64,000 nucleotides of DNA from Camelus ferus. Taxonomy: Eukaryota. The notes under the pieces were generated by a model. It saw only the letters and a list, made by a program, of their open reading frames with translations. It was not told the origin of the DNA and did not search any database. The stretch spans positions 63,738,001-63,802,000 of the forward strand of contig NC_045696.1 of the NCBI RefSeq assembly GCF_009834535.1. The letters are read 5' to 3'. The position numbers were made by a program, and so were the translations under genes. Positions 1 through 13,027 of this stretch are shown here, one piece after another; position 1 is the stretch's first letter; each line of letters starts with the position of its first letter.

Positions 1-164
1 AGAGCTGCCTTGAAGATCCTTGGAATCTGGAAATGAAGAAGAGCGATTAGTTGTTTCCTGTGTGGCCTCAGAAGGTGGAAAGTTCGGCTGAAATTGTATC
101 GCTGGATGAGTTTACAGCTCATATAGAAAAGGAGCCCTGACTTGGTATCTAGGGTCCCAGATAT

Positions 165-330
165 AAAGCCTGAAGACCTGGTTCCGAATCCTGACCCCTA
201 CTTACCATCTGTGTGACCCTGGCCTAGTGACCTTACCTTGCTGAGCCTCTGTTTTCTTATAGGTCAAATGGTGATGATAAGACTGGATTTGCTTCTAACA
301 TCCAGCTATTGTGAGAATCGAATAGCAGAC
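165..330 (+). mobile_element. MIR SINE fragment
   Basis: Core motif ctgtgtgaccctggc...ctgagcctctgttttctt...aaatggtgatgataa resembles the MIR consensus. Confidence 0.8.
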
Positions 331-569
331 AGGAAAGTGATTGTAAATTCTGAAGTTCCACAGATTTAATCTTATGGTCCAACCCCTTAATTTTATAGAG
401 TAGGTAACCAAAGTCTAGGATGTTAAGAAACTCATGTGAGACCATACAATGTTGGTGTAAGGCAATAGCTGATAAGGCCTCAGGGTCCCTAGAAGCCCTG
501 GGATGAAAGGCTCTTGGGGGGCCACAGGGCCATGATGCAGCCCCAACTTCCCAGTGGAGTCTCATCTCA

Positions 570-980
570 CTCTTAATTTTATTTTCTGATTATATATGTA
601 GCATGTGCTCACTGTGTGTAACTTGCAGAGCATAAAAGGCATAAGGAAGAAAACTTTGAAACATTTCCCAAGATTCTGCTTAACTGTTGAAATTTTGCTA
701 TATACCTTTCCAGTCTTTTGGCTACGCATGTACATATTCTAACCTAATTGGGATAATATTTATGCGAAGTTTTGCATATTGATTCCTTTCTCACCTAACA
801 GTTTGTTCTACATTTTGCCATTAAAATCCATTGCACCGTGTTTAATGCTCGCACAATCGTCTACCGGGCGGTTACACTGACTATCAAGGTTCTTTCCTGA
901 TTGTTTGTCACTATAAGCAACAGTGTTGAACATTCTTATACTGTGCGCTGTTAAGTGCTGCCCCACCATCAAGCATCTGT
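570..980 (-). mobile_element. Old L1 (L1ME-like) 3' fragment
   Basis: T-rich decayed tract resembling an antisense L1M 3' UTR (tatacctttccagtctttt, ttgtttgtcactataagcaacagtg). Confidence 0.55.
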
Positions 981-1299
981 TCCCGGTAGACTTCTCCAGG
1001 TGACTCCGGCCACCCTCTGAAACTCTTGCGCCATGTCTTTTGTAGAGACTCACAAGTGTTAGTTTGTCCCAGGGTGTTCTAGGTTTACCCTGATGACTGT
1101 GTGGTGTAGAGCATGACACACAGCTGAGGCCCAGAGCCCTACTGAAAGTACTTTATATTACATTACAAAGTATTTACATTAAGTATTTATTTTTGCCCTG
1201 TGTTGTTCCCAGAGACACTTAAGGTATCTGAGTTTCACTTGTCTTTCCTGGTTCAAGTTTCAGATTAGACTTTGGTCCCCAAAGGTGCCTGCAAATAAA

Positions 1300-1762
1300 C
1301 TTCCCCCTCCCACATCCACATCCTTGAGAAGTCCCCTCTTCTTGAATTCCCCGTGACTCACTTTGGGGCAATCGTGTGCAAGTAGAAATGACTGATGCTT
1401 CTTGACTTCCAAGGCAGGTCATTGGAAGTCTTGCAGTAGTGCCCTGGGTCTCTGGGAACGCTCGCTGTGAGGAAAGCCACTGCATGTAGGAAGTCCGGCT
1501 ATCCTGAAATAGTCATGCTGTGAGGACTCCTAAACTAGCCACACGGAGGGGTCTGCCTAGCCAGGCCCAGGTCTTTCCGCCACCCCATTTGAGGCACCAA
1601 ACATGTGAGTGCAGAAGCCATCTTGGACACCCAGCCCAGTCGAGTGTTCAGAGGATCCCAGTCCCGGCCTCCATCTGACTGTCATTCCAGACCCCAGTGG
1701 GAACCACACAGCAGCTGAGCCCAGTCACCCTGCAGACTATACCAGGTTTGCAGAATAAATGA
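1300..1762 (+). mobile_element. MaLR solo LTR (MLT1G/H-like)
   Basis: aaacatgtgagtgcagaagccatcttggac...ccatctgactg...gctgagcccagtca...agaataaat is typical of MLT1G/H. Confidence 0.75.
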
Positions 1763-2288
1763 AGAAAAGGACATGGCCTGGCTCAGCCTTGGGGAGCCCT
1801 GATCTACCGTGGGATCCACCTGAGTCAGTGACCTGCTGGGATTCAATACACAGGAACAAGGACCCTCACAGTGGACTGGCCCCTCTGCCAGGGGATGAGG
1901 TGATTCTGCCGACAGAGCAGGGAAGGATTTTCTGAAAGGATGACATTGAATTTGCATCTTGAAAACTGCCTAAGAGCTCACTGGCAGACACAGTGGAGGA
2001 GTGGGCACAACAAAGGGAGACCCATGTGCAAAGAGACAGTATCTCCTTTTTGAGGAAGAGCAGGTAATAAACCCAGTGGAAGAGGCAGGACCTGATGGTG
2101 ACAGCCTCACATATTGGGTCATAAAACAGGAATTTGGTCTAGCCGAAAATGGGGGACCAGTAAAGGGCTTTTAGCAGGTAGGTTGCTGATGAGATTTGCT
2201 CTTAGAAAGACCCCTTTGGCTACCTTCTTTCCTTCAACAGATGTTCAGTTAGGATCTACTTGTTCACTGAGCCAGTAACGGTGTACAG

Positions 2289-2815
2289 CAGTGATGTCCA
2301 ACAGAAATGTAATGTGAGCCACATGTCACTTTAAATTTCCCAGTAGCCATATTTAAAATAAGAAAGAGTAACAAGTGGAATTAATTTTATAATAATATAT
2401 TTTATTTAATCCAGTAGTTCCAAAGTATTTTCATTTCAACAGGTAATCAATATTAAAAATGTTGAATTAACAGATACACATTACTATATATAAAATAGAT
2501 AACCAACAAGGACCTACTGTACAGCACAGGGAACTACATTCAATTTCTTGTAATAACCTATAATGGAAAAGAATCTGAAAATAAATATATATATATGTAT
2601 GTAGATGTATAACTGAATCACTTTGCTGTACACTTGAAACTAACATTGTAAAACAACTAATAAATAATAAAAAAAAATTGAGATATTTTACTTTATTTTA
2701 TTGTAAGTTTTGAAATTGGTGTGTATTTGACACTCCTAATAGCACATCTCAACTTGGACTAGCTGCTGTGCTAAAGCTCAGCACAGACACTTGGCTATTG
2801 TGCTGGGCAGCGCAG
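2289..2815. mobile_element. MER33 hAT-Charlie MITE, split by an L1 insertion
   Basis: 5' part cagtgatgtccaacagaaatgtaatgtgagccacat and 3' part gagatatttta...gcacatctcaacttggactag...gggcagcgcag match the MER33 consensus as recalled. Confidence 0.85.
2466..2672 (+). mobile_element. 5'-truncated cetartiodactyl L1 3' end
   Basis: attaacagatacacattactatatataaaatagataaccaacaaggacctactgtacagcacagggaact, A-rich tail, degenerate TSD aaaaatgttga/aaaaaaattga. Confidence 0.85.
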
Positions 2816-3629
2816 CTCTAGATGCGAGGAACTCCGTGGAGAAAGAGGCAGGTGAGGTCTCTGCCCTCACAGAGCTTATTTTCCAGGGTTGAAGAGTAGA
2901 GGTTGAGAAGAAGACAGGGAACAGGTAAATCAGCAAGATTGCTGCAGATTAGTGACAAGCAGTGCAAAAAAATATGAAGAAAGTAGAGCAAAAACATTAA
3001 ACTATGGGGGCTTGTGCCTGGCAAGCAGCTGGTGGTCAGGCAAGGTCTCGCCACGGACGTGACCCTGATGCGGACGCCTGAGTGACGGGGATGCCCGGTG
3101 TGCAGGGCTCTTGGGGCAGAGCCTGTGCAGAACTGGAGGGCCCCGTGGAGGGGGCACAGCCAGGCAGGAGGCTGCAGCCATAGTCCAGGGAGGGGCAGCC
3201 ACACTCACAGCAAAGGCTGCAGCAGAGAGGGCTAGGAGGAGAGGTTGAACAGGGGAGGTATTTCGATGGTAGAATGTAGAGACTTTGTGAATATCAAGAG
3301 GTGCGGGAGAATGAGTCTGGGAGATGATCAGGATTTGGGCTTGGCTGATGGAAGAAGGCATGGAGGGGCTGCTGTTGTCTCCCCCTCCTCCCCCTGGGGT
3401 GAGTGGAGGAGTGAGAGACGCACCCACTCTGGGGCACGATGAGTCTGAGTTGTCTGTGGGATAGACGAACGGAGATGCTCAGTGTTAATTAAAGTTCATA
3501 GAACTGTCACACAATTGTTCTTCATGCCCCTCTAATCAGCCAGGAAAAAATCCCTGCTTTTCCTCCTCGCCCTTAATGGCATCTTGGACAGATGTCATCA
3601 TTTTCAGTTAATTAAATCTCAGTCAAGTG

Positions 3630-3716
3630 AATGGAATAAAAACCACTGAATCGTACACTTTAAAATGCTTAAAATGGTGAATTTTATGTCAGATGAATTT
3701 TATCTAAAAAAAAAAT
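3630..3716 (+). mobile_element. L1MB-like extreme 3' end
   Basis: ccactgaatcgtacactttaaaatg...atggtgaattttatgt...gaattttatct followed by polyA. Confidence 0.75.
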
Positions 3717-4609
3717 TCAGTCAAACTTCCTTTAACTCATCAATCCCACATCTGGTTCAGTGTCCCCCACCCCCAGTGCTGGCTCTTGTGGAAGGATTTG
3801 TGCAGGGAAGGGGCAAGACCAGTTCTTCCCCTCCTCCTCTTCCTGTTCTGGGTCTCTCTCTCTTCTCTCTCTCTTTTTTTTTTTTCTGAATTGGAACGGG
3901 AAGGAGGGCCAAGGGAAGTGGAGGTCATTTTCTGGTCTCGTGAGTAGTAAGAAGGTATCCCCGGCCCCTCTCTGGTTCTTTGAGCTGCTGGTGGCCTCCA
4001 CCAACATGACCATCTCTCCAGGAAGAGTGTGTTATTTTCAGCCTCACATTGGTCCCTTCTGGTACAGAGCACCCCTCAGACCAGGGCCCAGCTGGCAGCT
4101 TCCACCGCTCCCCTACTTCCTGTCTGTGAGGGGCTCCGTCACTGGGCAGCCCCCGTGGCTACAGCCCTCTCTCTGCTCTGTGCTTACTCACTGGGCCCAG
4201 CAGGAGCACAGCGACTCACATGCAGAAGCCGCAGGACACTGGGGGAGGTGTCCGTTTCTCTCTTTGCGGGCCCAGATTCCGCAGTCCTTCCTAAACCCTG
4301 TTGGTATCAGCCAGTCTGGCAAGGCCAGAAAGGAAGCAGGCACTGTCTCTATGCTCACACTGCACTGTCCGTTCCCCTCGCCTGAAGAACCCCAGTCTCT
4401 AAGAGAGATGCTTGTGGAGACCCCACCTCACTTGGACTTGGAGTTGGATACAGTCCCCTTCCCTCCCCACAGTACAGAAAAGGACAAGCCTGTCCCCTGG
4501 GACAAGGCCATTGGTGCACCCTTCCCCCTCGCCAGTCTTTTGACGAGAGAGAGGTTCAAGGGTGATGATTGTCAGTGGCACTGGTCTTGCCATCCCTTAG
4601 TAAGGCTAC

Positions 4610-5340
4610 GGCAGGGTTCTCAACCCCAGCCACCCATTAGAATCACCCGAGGAAATTTTGCAAAACACCAGTTTTAAAATGGTTTGCTGTTATCCACAGA
4701 AGCTGAACACCTGGCTGTATCTGAGCACTTCTACTCCTAGACATACACTCCAGAGACATATGCGTGTGTGTGCCGAGAAACATACACAAGAAAATTTGTT
4801 GCAGCATTACTCGTAAGAGCTAAAAACTGCAAATAATCCACAGGTTTATCAAGAGTAGACTAGTGATGTACATTGTGTGGATAGCCAGACAATGGAACAC
4901 TATGCAGCAATGAAAATTAATAACAGCTATCCAACCAACAGGTGACTCTTACAAAAAAGATTTAATCAGAGAACTCAGATACAAAGAATGCATACTCTAC
5001 AGTTCTGTTTCTACAAGTGTCAGGAATAGTCAAAACAAATACACAGTGTTGGAAATCAGAAGAGTGTTCCTCTCCTGGGGAGGAGGGGCTGAAGCACATG
5101 TGGGAGGTTTTAGCTGGTAGCGCTATTTCCCCTCCATGTAGTAACACATGGGTATTCACTTTGTGAAAACTGGCCAAGATTTCTGTATAATTTTCTGATG
5201 TGTATTACTATTAATTTAAAAAGTTTATTTTAAAAATAACATGGACTCTGACTTCATTGGTTTACAGTGGAGCTCAGACTTCTCAGTGGGCTAAAAGTTT
5301 TCTAGGTGATTCTAATGTGGGATCAAGCTGGAGAAACACA
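4610..5340. mobile_element. MER5-type hAT MITE split by an L1M 3' fragment (L1 about 4680-5235, + strand)
   Basis: cagggttctcaacccc...cattagaatcacc on the left; ggtgattctaatgtg...ctggagaaacac on the right; L1 3' sequence (acttctactcctagacatacactccagaga, tatgcagcaatgaaaa) between. Confidence 0.7.
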
Positions 5341-6899
5341 TGTGCCTGGTTATTGGTCCATTCACCCCACACACACACACCACCCCCTTTGGATGTGGAG
5401 AACGTGGGCTTGCTGTTTTTACACCCTGGCCAGTCCCTCTCAGCATCTGCTTACAGGATAGAGACTGAGGAGAGAGGTCAGGGTTGGAGGGGTGGAACCC
5501 TGAGTCACTGGATGCACATCAGCACCTGAGAGTGAAGGGGCTGGGGCATCGGTTAGAGATTGCTCAGAGCGATGGGAGTGATGGCTCCTGGGGGCCAGGT
5601 GGATGGGATAAGAAATGAACTAGGAGAGAACTATGGACTTAGAGAAAATGGGGGAACCAAAGACTTGGACATCTGAATGAAGTTTCATAACAGGTGCAAC
5701 ACAGGTCAAAGAGTGAGGCACTGGGAGAATGGGAGATGGTGGTAAGAGAATGGATTTGGAGGTTCAAAGGCCTGGAGAAGAGCAGAGCGGGAACATCGCT
5801 CCTGGCCTTGCTATCAGTGTGGCCTGTTCTCAGGGTGGCTCAGGTGAGATGCCTGGCTCTCAGGTAACCACATCCAGTTTGTAGTGTCCCACCAGCACAA
5901 CCTCTGACCCTTTCCTAACCCTCTCACTGGCTTATCAAGGCAGCGCTCAGTCCCAAATGTGAGCTACAGGGTTGCCACCAGCCAGTGGGTCAAGCTTGGT
6001 AAATGGCTCACCTGATAGGATTCTGGGTGAAAAATGTGGAGATTGTGGTCAGATGAAAATCATTGCCAACAGTGCTCCATAGAGACCCTTGGAGTCCACC
6101 TGAAAGCAGGGCAGGTTGGGGAGACTGGAGAAGAGAGTTGTCGGCCCCACTCCCCTGGATTTAACCAGAAGGATGGGCTTTTGTTTTACACACTGGATTC
6201 AACAGCTAATAAAAGCTTGAAGACAGTGTACTTATCATTAAGATTCCTTCTAGTCTAAGGATCTGAACTTCCTCCATCTCCTCTGTTGGGCAACAAGTGA
6301 ATTAGGGCTCCTGGCCCCACAGCTGGTTCCCCAGGGTTTATATCCTTCAGAAGCCATCCCAGCTCCGTCCTCTCCCCTCATCAACTCAGCTGCAGAAGCA
6401 AACGTGTGTGCATGTGCCCGGGAGGTGCCTGAAGACCAGTGCTCACAGAGAGCAGGGCCCCACACCAGGCGCTGCCCTGTGTCCAGCTCCCCGGGAGGGG
6501 CCTGCCTACTCTCACCCTTGCACAGAGCAAATGGGGAAGAAGATGTGATCATTGTAAGGACCTGCAACCGGAGGAACAAGTCTGGTCCTGGGAGCCGGAC
6601 GGGGCTCCTCTTCACTGTAGAAAAGGAAGCAGGGCCAGGACTTAGCAGGGTGGCCCCACATGTCCCCAAATTGAGTGGGGAGGAAACATTTTGAATTGCC
6701 CTCAATAAAGGGTGCTGATATTTCAACTTCCCAAAGCAAAATTACGTCGTGGCCTTCTGAGGAAGGACGTCACCTGTTCACAGACCCACACGTGGAAAAC
6801 TTTCCTATGTAGTATTTATTGCTCGGCTCCTTGGGTTTGAGACGCAGACACAGAGGCCCAGAAAGAAGTGACTTGCCCAGGGTCATAGAGCTAGTCAGG

Positions 6900-7110
6900 G
6901 GCTGAGTGTGTGATTGGTGGGAGGAACACAGTTATCTGGGGTCTGACAGGCCCACAGCTGACCTAGACTCTGCCGTGTGACCTCGGACAAATTCACTAAC
7001 CTCATTTTCTCATCTGCGAAATGGGGGTAATAATACCTACCTGGCAAGGGTATCGGGAAGACTCAATGAGAAAATATATGAAAAATGCCTGGCACAAAAT
7101 AGTTGCTTGC
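6900..7110 (+). mobile_element. MIR SINE
   Basis: gtgtgacctcggacaaattcactaacctc...ctcatctgcgaaatgggggtaataatacctacc...tgcctggcaca. Confidence 0.85.
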
Positions 7111-7431
7111 TGGCCAGAAGGTGTTATTCGAATCGTTTTGTGACTGTCTGTAAATGAACAGCTCCCTTCAGTGAGAAGGCCGAATCACAATGAAAGGGCT
7201 GTGCTGGTCACTGTCTGGGTGTCACTGGGTACTTGATGGAAAAACGGCCCTGGGGGGTGCTGTTTCTCTGGGGTTCATCTTAATGGTTCAGGAGAGCGAG
7301 CCTGCCTCCTTGTCCTTCGTGAAGTTTGCCATGGTGGCTTCTGTCCCAGCTGGAGCAGCCTCTGAATGAGCCACTGTGGAGCTGGCCATCACCTGTGGAA
7401 AGCCTGCGGCCAGTGACCAGACCATAACCTC

Positions 7432-7560
7432 TCATTCATTCATTCTTCATTCATTTAACAAATATTCGAGCACCTGCTTCATGTCAGTCAGTATTCTGGG
7501 TGCTGGGAACACAGCAGTGAACAAATAAACTCCCTGCCTTCAGGGAGCTGGCATTCTAGA
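7432..7560 (-). mobile_element. L2 3' end
   Basis: (tcat)n tail then aacaaatattcgagcacctgct...gggaacacagcagtgaacaaa...ccctgccttcagggagct. Confidence 0.85.
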
Positions 7561-8654
7561 GGATTCCAAATTTCAAAGGAATGTGATAACGGAGCGGATG
7601 CCAGGCTCTGAGGCCCTTCAGTTCACAGGCTCTTCCCTTAAATTGGCATAGACCCCCTCTCGCTCCCCTCCAGCAGCAGCTGTCTCTATTTCCTCCTCCA
7701 TTGTCATGGTTCTCCTTCCTTAAACCAGTCCCCTTTAACTGAGGAAAATTAAAGCAAAACAACAATTGTGCTTGCAAGCAGGAAATAGGATACTTTGTTC
7801 AATGACAGAGAAATCAGATACATTAACGCTTTATAAATCTCTCCTCTAAAATGTGCCCCACACTAATCAAATGAAATTGCTCTTGCCTTGTGCATGTTGC
7901 CCCCGCTGAGCTGTTTTCTGAGCTTGGCTGGCCTGCATTGGAAGGGCCCCCTCCTCTCCCGGACCCCAGGTTTTTGGGGTGTGTCTTTTGTAGCAAACAT
8001 GGCACCCCTGACCCCACCTCCTTTATCACTTGACTCTGGCCGTGAAAAGAAAGAGAAGAAAAGTCGGTTTGTTTAGTGGGAGCTCTTTTCTGAAGCCAAC
8101 AGGGAGAACGAGACTTGAAACAAGAGGAGGCTGCATTTGGGGTCAATGGTTAACTAGTCCGATTAATAAATGCTAGGAGGAGGAAGTAGCCAGTGAGGAA
8201 AGAGGCAAGGAAAAAAAAAGTCTCCCTGGAGTTCAAAAGCCAACTAAAGTTTACCAAGATCTGTGACCTGTGGTGAAAATGTCCCCAGAGGCCAGCTCTC
8301 CTCTGACTCCCACCTGAAATGCTGCTGCCTTTCAAGAGGGCCCCAGACTCTGCTCTTGGGCTCGGCAGCCCCGGGTTGTGGCAGCACCATGCTGACCACA
8401 TCGCACTGACTACACGGAGCTCACCAGAGCTTCCTTCCTGGGAACCACCGTCCTCTGTCCCCCCACACAGCTTCTGCCCAGTATTTAGCATCGGACAGAG
8501 AGCTTCAGGCCAGGTGAGAACTTTTGGCTGATGTGAATCAGGAGAGCTAGGCTGTCCTGGCCTCTGTCCTGACTTCCTCTGTGAGTTTTGGCAAATTGCC
8601 TGCCCTGTCTGTGCCTCAGTTTCCTTGCTGGTAAAGTGACACTGTCGGTCTAAC

Positions 8655-8878
8655 GCAGTGGTTGGCAAACTTGTTCTGTTAAGGGTCGAATAGTAAATAT
8701 TTCAGGCTTGTGGGCCACACACACGGTTGGTGTCTGTCTCAACTACTCAATCTCTGCCCTTCAGGGTGACACAAACAGTCTGCAAATGAATGGGTGTGGC
8801 CATGTCCCAATAAAACTTTATTTACAAAAACAGGCTGTAAACAAGCTTGGCCAGGAGGCTGCAGCTTGTGGAGCCCTG
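8655..8878. mobile_element. MER58A hAT MITE
   Basis: cagtggttggcaaac...aagggtcgaatagtaaatatttcaggcttgtgggcca...caataaaactttatttacaaaaacagg...ccctg. Confidence 0.85.
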
Positions 8879-10636
8879 CCCTAGATCTCTAAGGAGCTCT
8901 GCAATGCACAGATATCACCTATCCCTGGGTTATTTTATGGAGAGAAAATTTGGGTCTAGAGATGCTAACTGACATTGCCCAAGCCACCAAGTATGTTAGT
9001 GGCAGAGCTGGAGCTAGAAGTTAAGTCCCCTTGCTCTAGTCCCCGGTGGCCCTCAATTCTTCCAAGGGAAAAGCACAGGCTGATTTTGGGGAACCGTTCC
9101 CCCGATGTCCCTGGGAGCAGGAGAATGGGAAGCAGTGCTCTCTGCCTATTTCAGTGAGGGCCCCAGACAGAATTCGATGAGACAAGGGCCACTACCTGGG
9201 GGTAGGGGAGGAGAGTGGATATTATGCTGTTCATTTTGAATCTGGGGGACTGTGGTTTTGGAGAGGGAAGTCCCTGCATATTCCGTGTCATAACCTCGTG
9301 CTTCCGAATCTGCACATGTTGACCTCCTTTTTACCCAGATGGTGCTGCAGGGAGGAAGGCCCCACCAGTGTGTGCTCTTCCTGTGTGTCTGAATGTTCCA
9401 CCCGAGGGGGCTCCTCCCAGGAGATTGGCTCCTGAGCCTGCTCTTCCGTGGCTGGCCCAGCACGGCTGTTTATTGTTACGCTTCTGCGACACGCTTCCCT
9501 TCAACAGCCTCCCATAGATTTGTTTGGGACTTGCTGTTCCTTGGCTGAAGACCCGGAGGCTTTTACAATGTTAATCTGTTTTCCTCTTTGCCCCCAGCCT
9601 TTGCTCTCTAGAGGGGAGAGGCCATGGATAAGGTCCAGTGGGGTGGGGTGACACCTCCTTGTCTTGGAATCTCAAAAGCCCCACGGCCTAACCATCGTGA
9701 TTCTCTTTCCCACACTCGGTTCTCCACCCTCCTTCATGGACCCCTCGACAGGACCCTGGCCATGGGATTGAGAGCAACAGTACTCCCCCACCACAACCAC
9801 CACCACTCTGACTCCTCCAAGTGAGACAATGCGCCCATGTCCACATTCCTGGAGCTCCAAGGAGCAGCCCCAGTGCTGTTTGTTGTGATAAGATTTGGTA
9901 GCAAAATTTGCATGAAAGAAGTGAAGCTCAGGAACCGGTTTGCTACAGGGATTTTCTTGTCAGGTGAGGAAGTAAGACGTTCAGAATTGGCTTCAGCAGG
10001 AGTCTAGATTGGGGAGCTAGACTGGTTCTGGGCAGTCACCCATGGAGGCCTCCCCTGTGAAGGTCTGAGGTTCATGGTCAGCCTGCATCTTCTAGCTGCA
10101 GGATGCACTCAAGGTCATCTCTACCTGAAGTTATACACCTTCAGGCTAGTTTTGGAGGCTACTGAAGGTATGAATAGAGGATCCTGCATATTCAGAATAC
10201 CTCAGCCCTCCCTCACATGTCCTGAGATGAAGGACAACGATCAGAGCCTGAGTTCTCTGGGTGGCTGCTTCTCCTGTCTTCTCACCCATCGTTCCCACAC
10301 ACATCGTCCCCTTCCTGCCAAATGCACTCACAGTGATCCCTGACCTGTTGCTGCTTTGCAGCACCTTGCCTTTGCTGACCATGTTACCCTCTGCTTTGAA
10401 AGCCATCCCTCTCCTGGGCTTCTCCCATTAGTCCTTCAGCTTCCAAGTCTTATAATTCTCACCATCTCCTTCTTTATACTCATGCCCCAGTGCCCTACAA
10501 GAAAGTTCTATTCTTCAAGGCAGGGACTCTATCCAGTTTATTACTATATCCCCATTTCCTCCTCTGATCTTTGGGGTAACTATTGAAGGAGTGAGCAGAT
10601 GGGCGAGTAAGTGACCTTGCAAGGATTGACAGTTCA

Positions 10637-11076
10637 TGGGACAGGTGACTAGTGGCCTCCCAAAAGAATGTCCAAGTACTAATTCCCAATACTGGGGGAT
10701 ATGGCTTTATTTGGAAATAGGGTCTCTGCAGGAACAATTAGATTAAAGATCTTGAAACGAGTTCATCCTGGATTTAGGGTAGTCTCTAAAGGAGGTAGAA
10801 AGAGGGAAACTACAGGGACACACAGAGGGGAAGGCCATGCGAAGACAGACAGGGATGGGAGTGATCCATCTACAAGCCAAGGAACCCCACGGATTGCCAG
10901 ATGCCAGGAGAGGCTCATATAATGGATTTTCCCTCAGAGCTTCCAGAAGGAAGCCAACCCTGTTGACACCTTGATTTCAGACTTCTGGCTCCCAGAACTG
11001 CGAGAGAATAACTTTGTGTGGTTTTAAGCCACCAGCTGGTGGTGATTTGTTTCGCTAGCAATGGAAAACTAGCACA
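10637..11076 (+). mobile_element. MaLR solo LTR (MLT1C-like)
   Basis: ttatttggaaatagggtctctgca...caagccaaggaa...gacaccttgatttcagacttctggctcccagaactgcgagagaata...ttttaagccacc...aactagcaca. Confidence 0.9.
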
Positions 11077-12692
11077 AGGAGAAAATGCTTCCCAACTAAC
11101 TCTAAGAGGACAGTATTCTTCTGACACCAAAACCAGACAAAGACATTGCAAGAAAAGAAAACCATAGACCAATATCTCTTGTGAATCCAGACACAGAAAT
11201 TCTCAATAAAATCCTAGCAGATCAAATCCAGCAACATAGATAAAGGATTATACGCCATGATTAAGGGAGACTTATTCCAGGAATGCAAGGTTTGTTTAAA
11301 GTCCAAAAAATGATTAATGTACTCTATCATCTCCATAGAATAAAAACCAAAAAAATACATGATTATCTCAGTAGATGCAGAAAAATCATTTAATAAAACT
11401 CAACACCCCCCATTCAGGGTCCAACATTCAACAAAGTAGGAATAGAAGTGCACGTCCTAAACTTCATAAAAGGTACCTATAAAAAAACTCACAGCTAACA
11501 TCACACTTAATGTTGAAAGAATGACTGCTTCCCCCTAAGATCAGGAAGACAAGGATATCCGTTCTCGCCACTTCTATTCAGCATTGTACTAGATGTTCTA
11601 GCCAAGGCAATTAGACAAAAAAAATCAACATAAAAGGCATTGAGATTGGATATGAAGAAGTAAAACTATCTCTGTTTGCAGATGATATGATTTTATATAG
11701 AGAAAATAACTTTTTAAATTCACTACAAAATTAGAATTGATGCATGAGCTCAGCAAAATGAAAATTTTAAAACAATTTAATTTATAATATAAAAAATGAT
11801 AAGATACTTAGGAATAAATTTAACAAAAGAAATGCAAAATTTATACTTTGAAAATTATAAAAGAAAAAAAACTTTGTTGAAAGAAATTACAATCTAAATA
11901 AATGGAAAGGAATCCCATGTTTATGGATCAGAAGACTTAATATTTTTAAGATGACAGTATTCCCCAAACTGATCTACAGAGTCAGTGCACTCCATCACAA
12001 TTCTAGCTGGATTCTTTGCAGAAATTGATAAACTGATTCTAAAATTCACATGGAAATTTGAGAGAATCAGAAGAGTCAAGGCGATCTTGAAAAAGAAAAG
12101 CAACACTGAAAGACACACATTTTCCAATTTCAAAGCCTACTACAGAAACTGCAGTAATCAAGACAGTATGGTACTGGTGTAAGAATAGACACAGATCTAT
12201 GGGACAGAATTCAGAGTCGAGAAATAAACCTTCACACTTATGGTCAATTGATTTTTGACACATATGCTAAAACAATTCAAGAAGGAAAGAATAATATTTT
12301 CAACAAGTTGTGCTAGGACAACTAGATACACACATGTAAATGGATAAGTTGAACCCATGTGTCATATCATACACAAAAAATTAACTCAAAATGGATCAAA
12401 GACTTGAATCTGTAACACTCGAATCTGTAAAACAAAGACTTAAAACATGCAAATCTCTGAGAAGAAAACACGGGTAACTCTTCATGAGCTTGGATTAGGC
12501 AGTGGTTTCTTAGGTATGACACCAAAAACACACACAACAAAAGAAAAAATGGGTAAGTTGGATTTCATTAACATTAAAAACATTCTGTACTTCAAAGGAC
12601 ACCAACAAAAAAGTGCGAAGACAATCAAAAGAATGGGAGAAAATTTTGCAAATCAGATACCTGATAAGTGACTTGTACCTGGAATATACAAA
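11077..12692 (+). mobile_element. L1M ORF2 remnant (reverse transcriptase to C-terminal region), pseudogenised
   Basis: Encodes [15 protein letters not shown] near 11165 and catalytic LFADDMI (tttgcagatgatatg at 11675-11689); ORF 11985-12182 reads FFAEIDKLILKFTWK; many stops and frameshifts. Confidence 0.95.
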
Positions 12693-12699
12693 GAACGTG

Positions 12700-12935
12700 G
12701 GCTTCTACTGCCTGCGACTGAGAACTCTGACGGATGCTGCCTTGTGTTGAGTTGGGGTATTTCTCTCCCAGAGCTGTCTTTGTTGATCTAGTTTTGCCTT
12801 CTGAAGCCATGCAGGAGTAGCCTGTTTCTCTTCCACATGACAGCCCTTCAGATATCTGTAGATAAACAGCAATTCCCTGAGACATCTCTGCTTCGGACCA
12901 AGTACTGACAACTCCTTCAGTCGTTCCTCATGTGA
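12700..12935 (-). mobile_element. L3/CR1 LINE fragment
   Basis: Minus-strand ORF 12705-12911 contains YRYLKGCHVEE, resembling the CR1/L3 ORF2 C-terminal motif FKYLKGCH. Confidence 0.7.
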
Positions 12936-13027
12936 TGTATGTATCAGTCAAAATTCTCAGTCTCAGGCAGTAGAAGCCCCTGTTAGCTGACTTAGGTAGA
13001 AAAGACATTGTTGTTAAGAGGAAATGG

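Larger units (their letters stand above)
2230..3480 (-). mobile_element. L2 LINE, interrupted by MER33
   Basis: ttcaacagatgttcagtt... resumes after MER33 with gtctctgccctcacagagcttattttccag, followed by the purine-rich antisense L2 body. Confidence 0.7.

Noticed and set aside
3760..4677. 305-aa ORF
   Set aside because: No recognisable domain; runs through a CT/polyT tract and ends in a MER5 fragment
9950..9969. AG|GTGAG fusion sites at about 9963, 42560 and 45458
   Set aside because: Short pyrimidine tract, or located inside MER5 or L1 sequence that naturally carries the motif
11077..12692. Active or domesticated reverse transcriptase
   Set aside because: FADD motif present but the frame is broken by many stops and frameshifts
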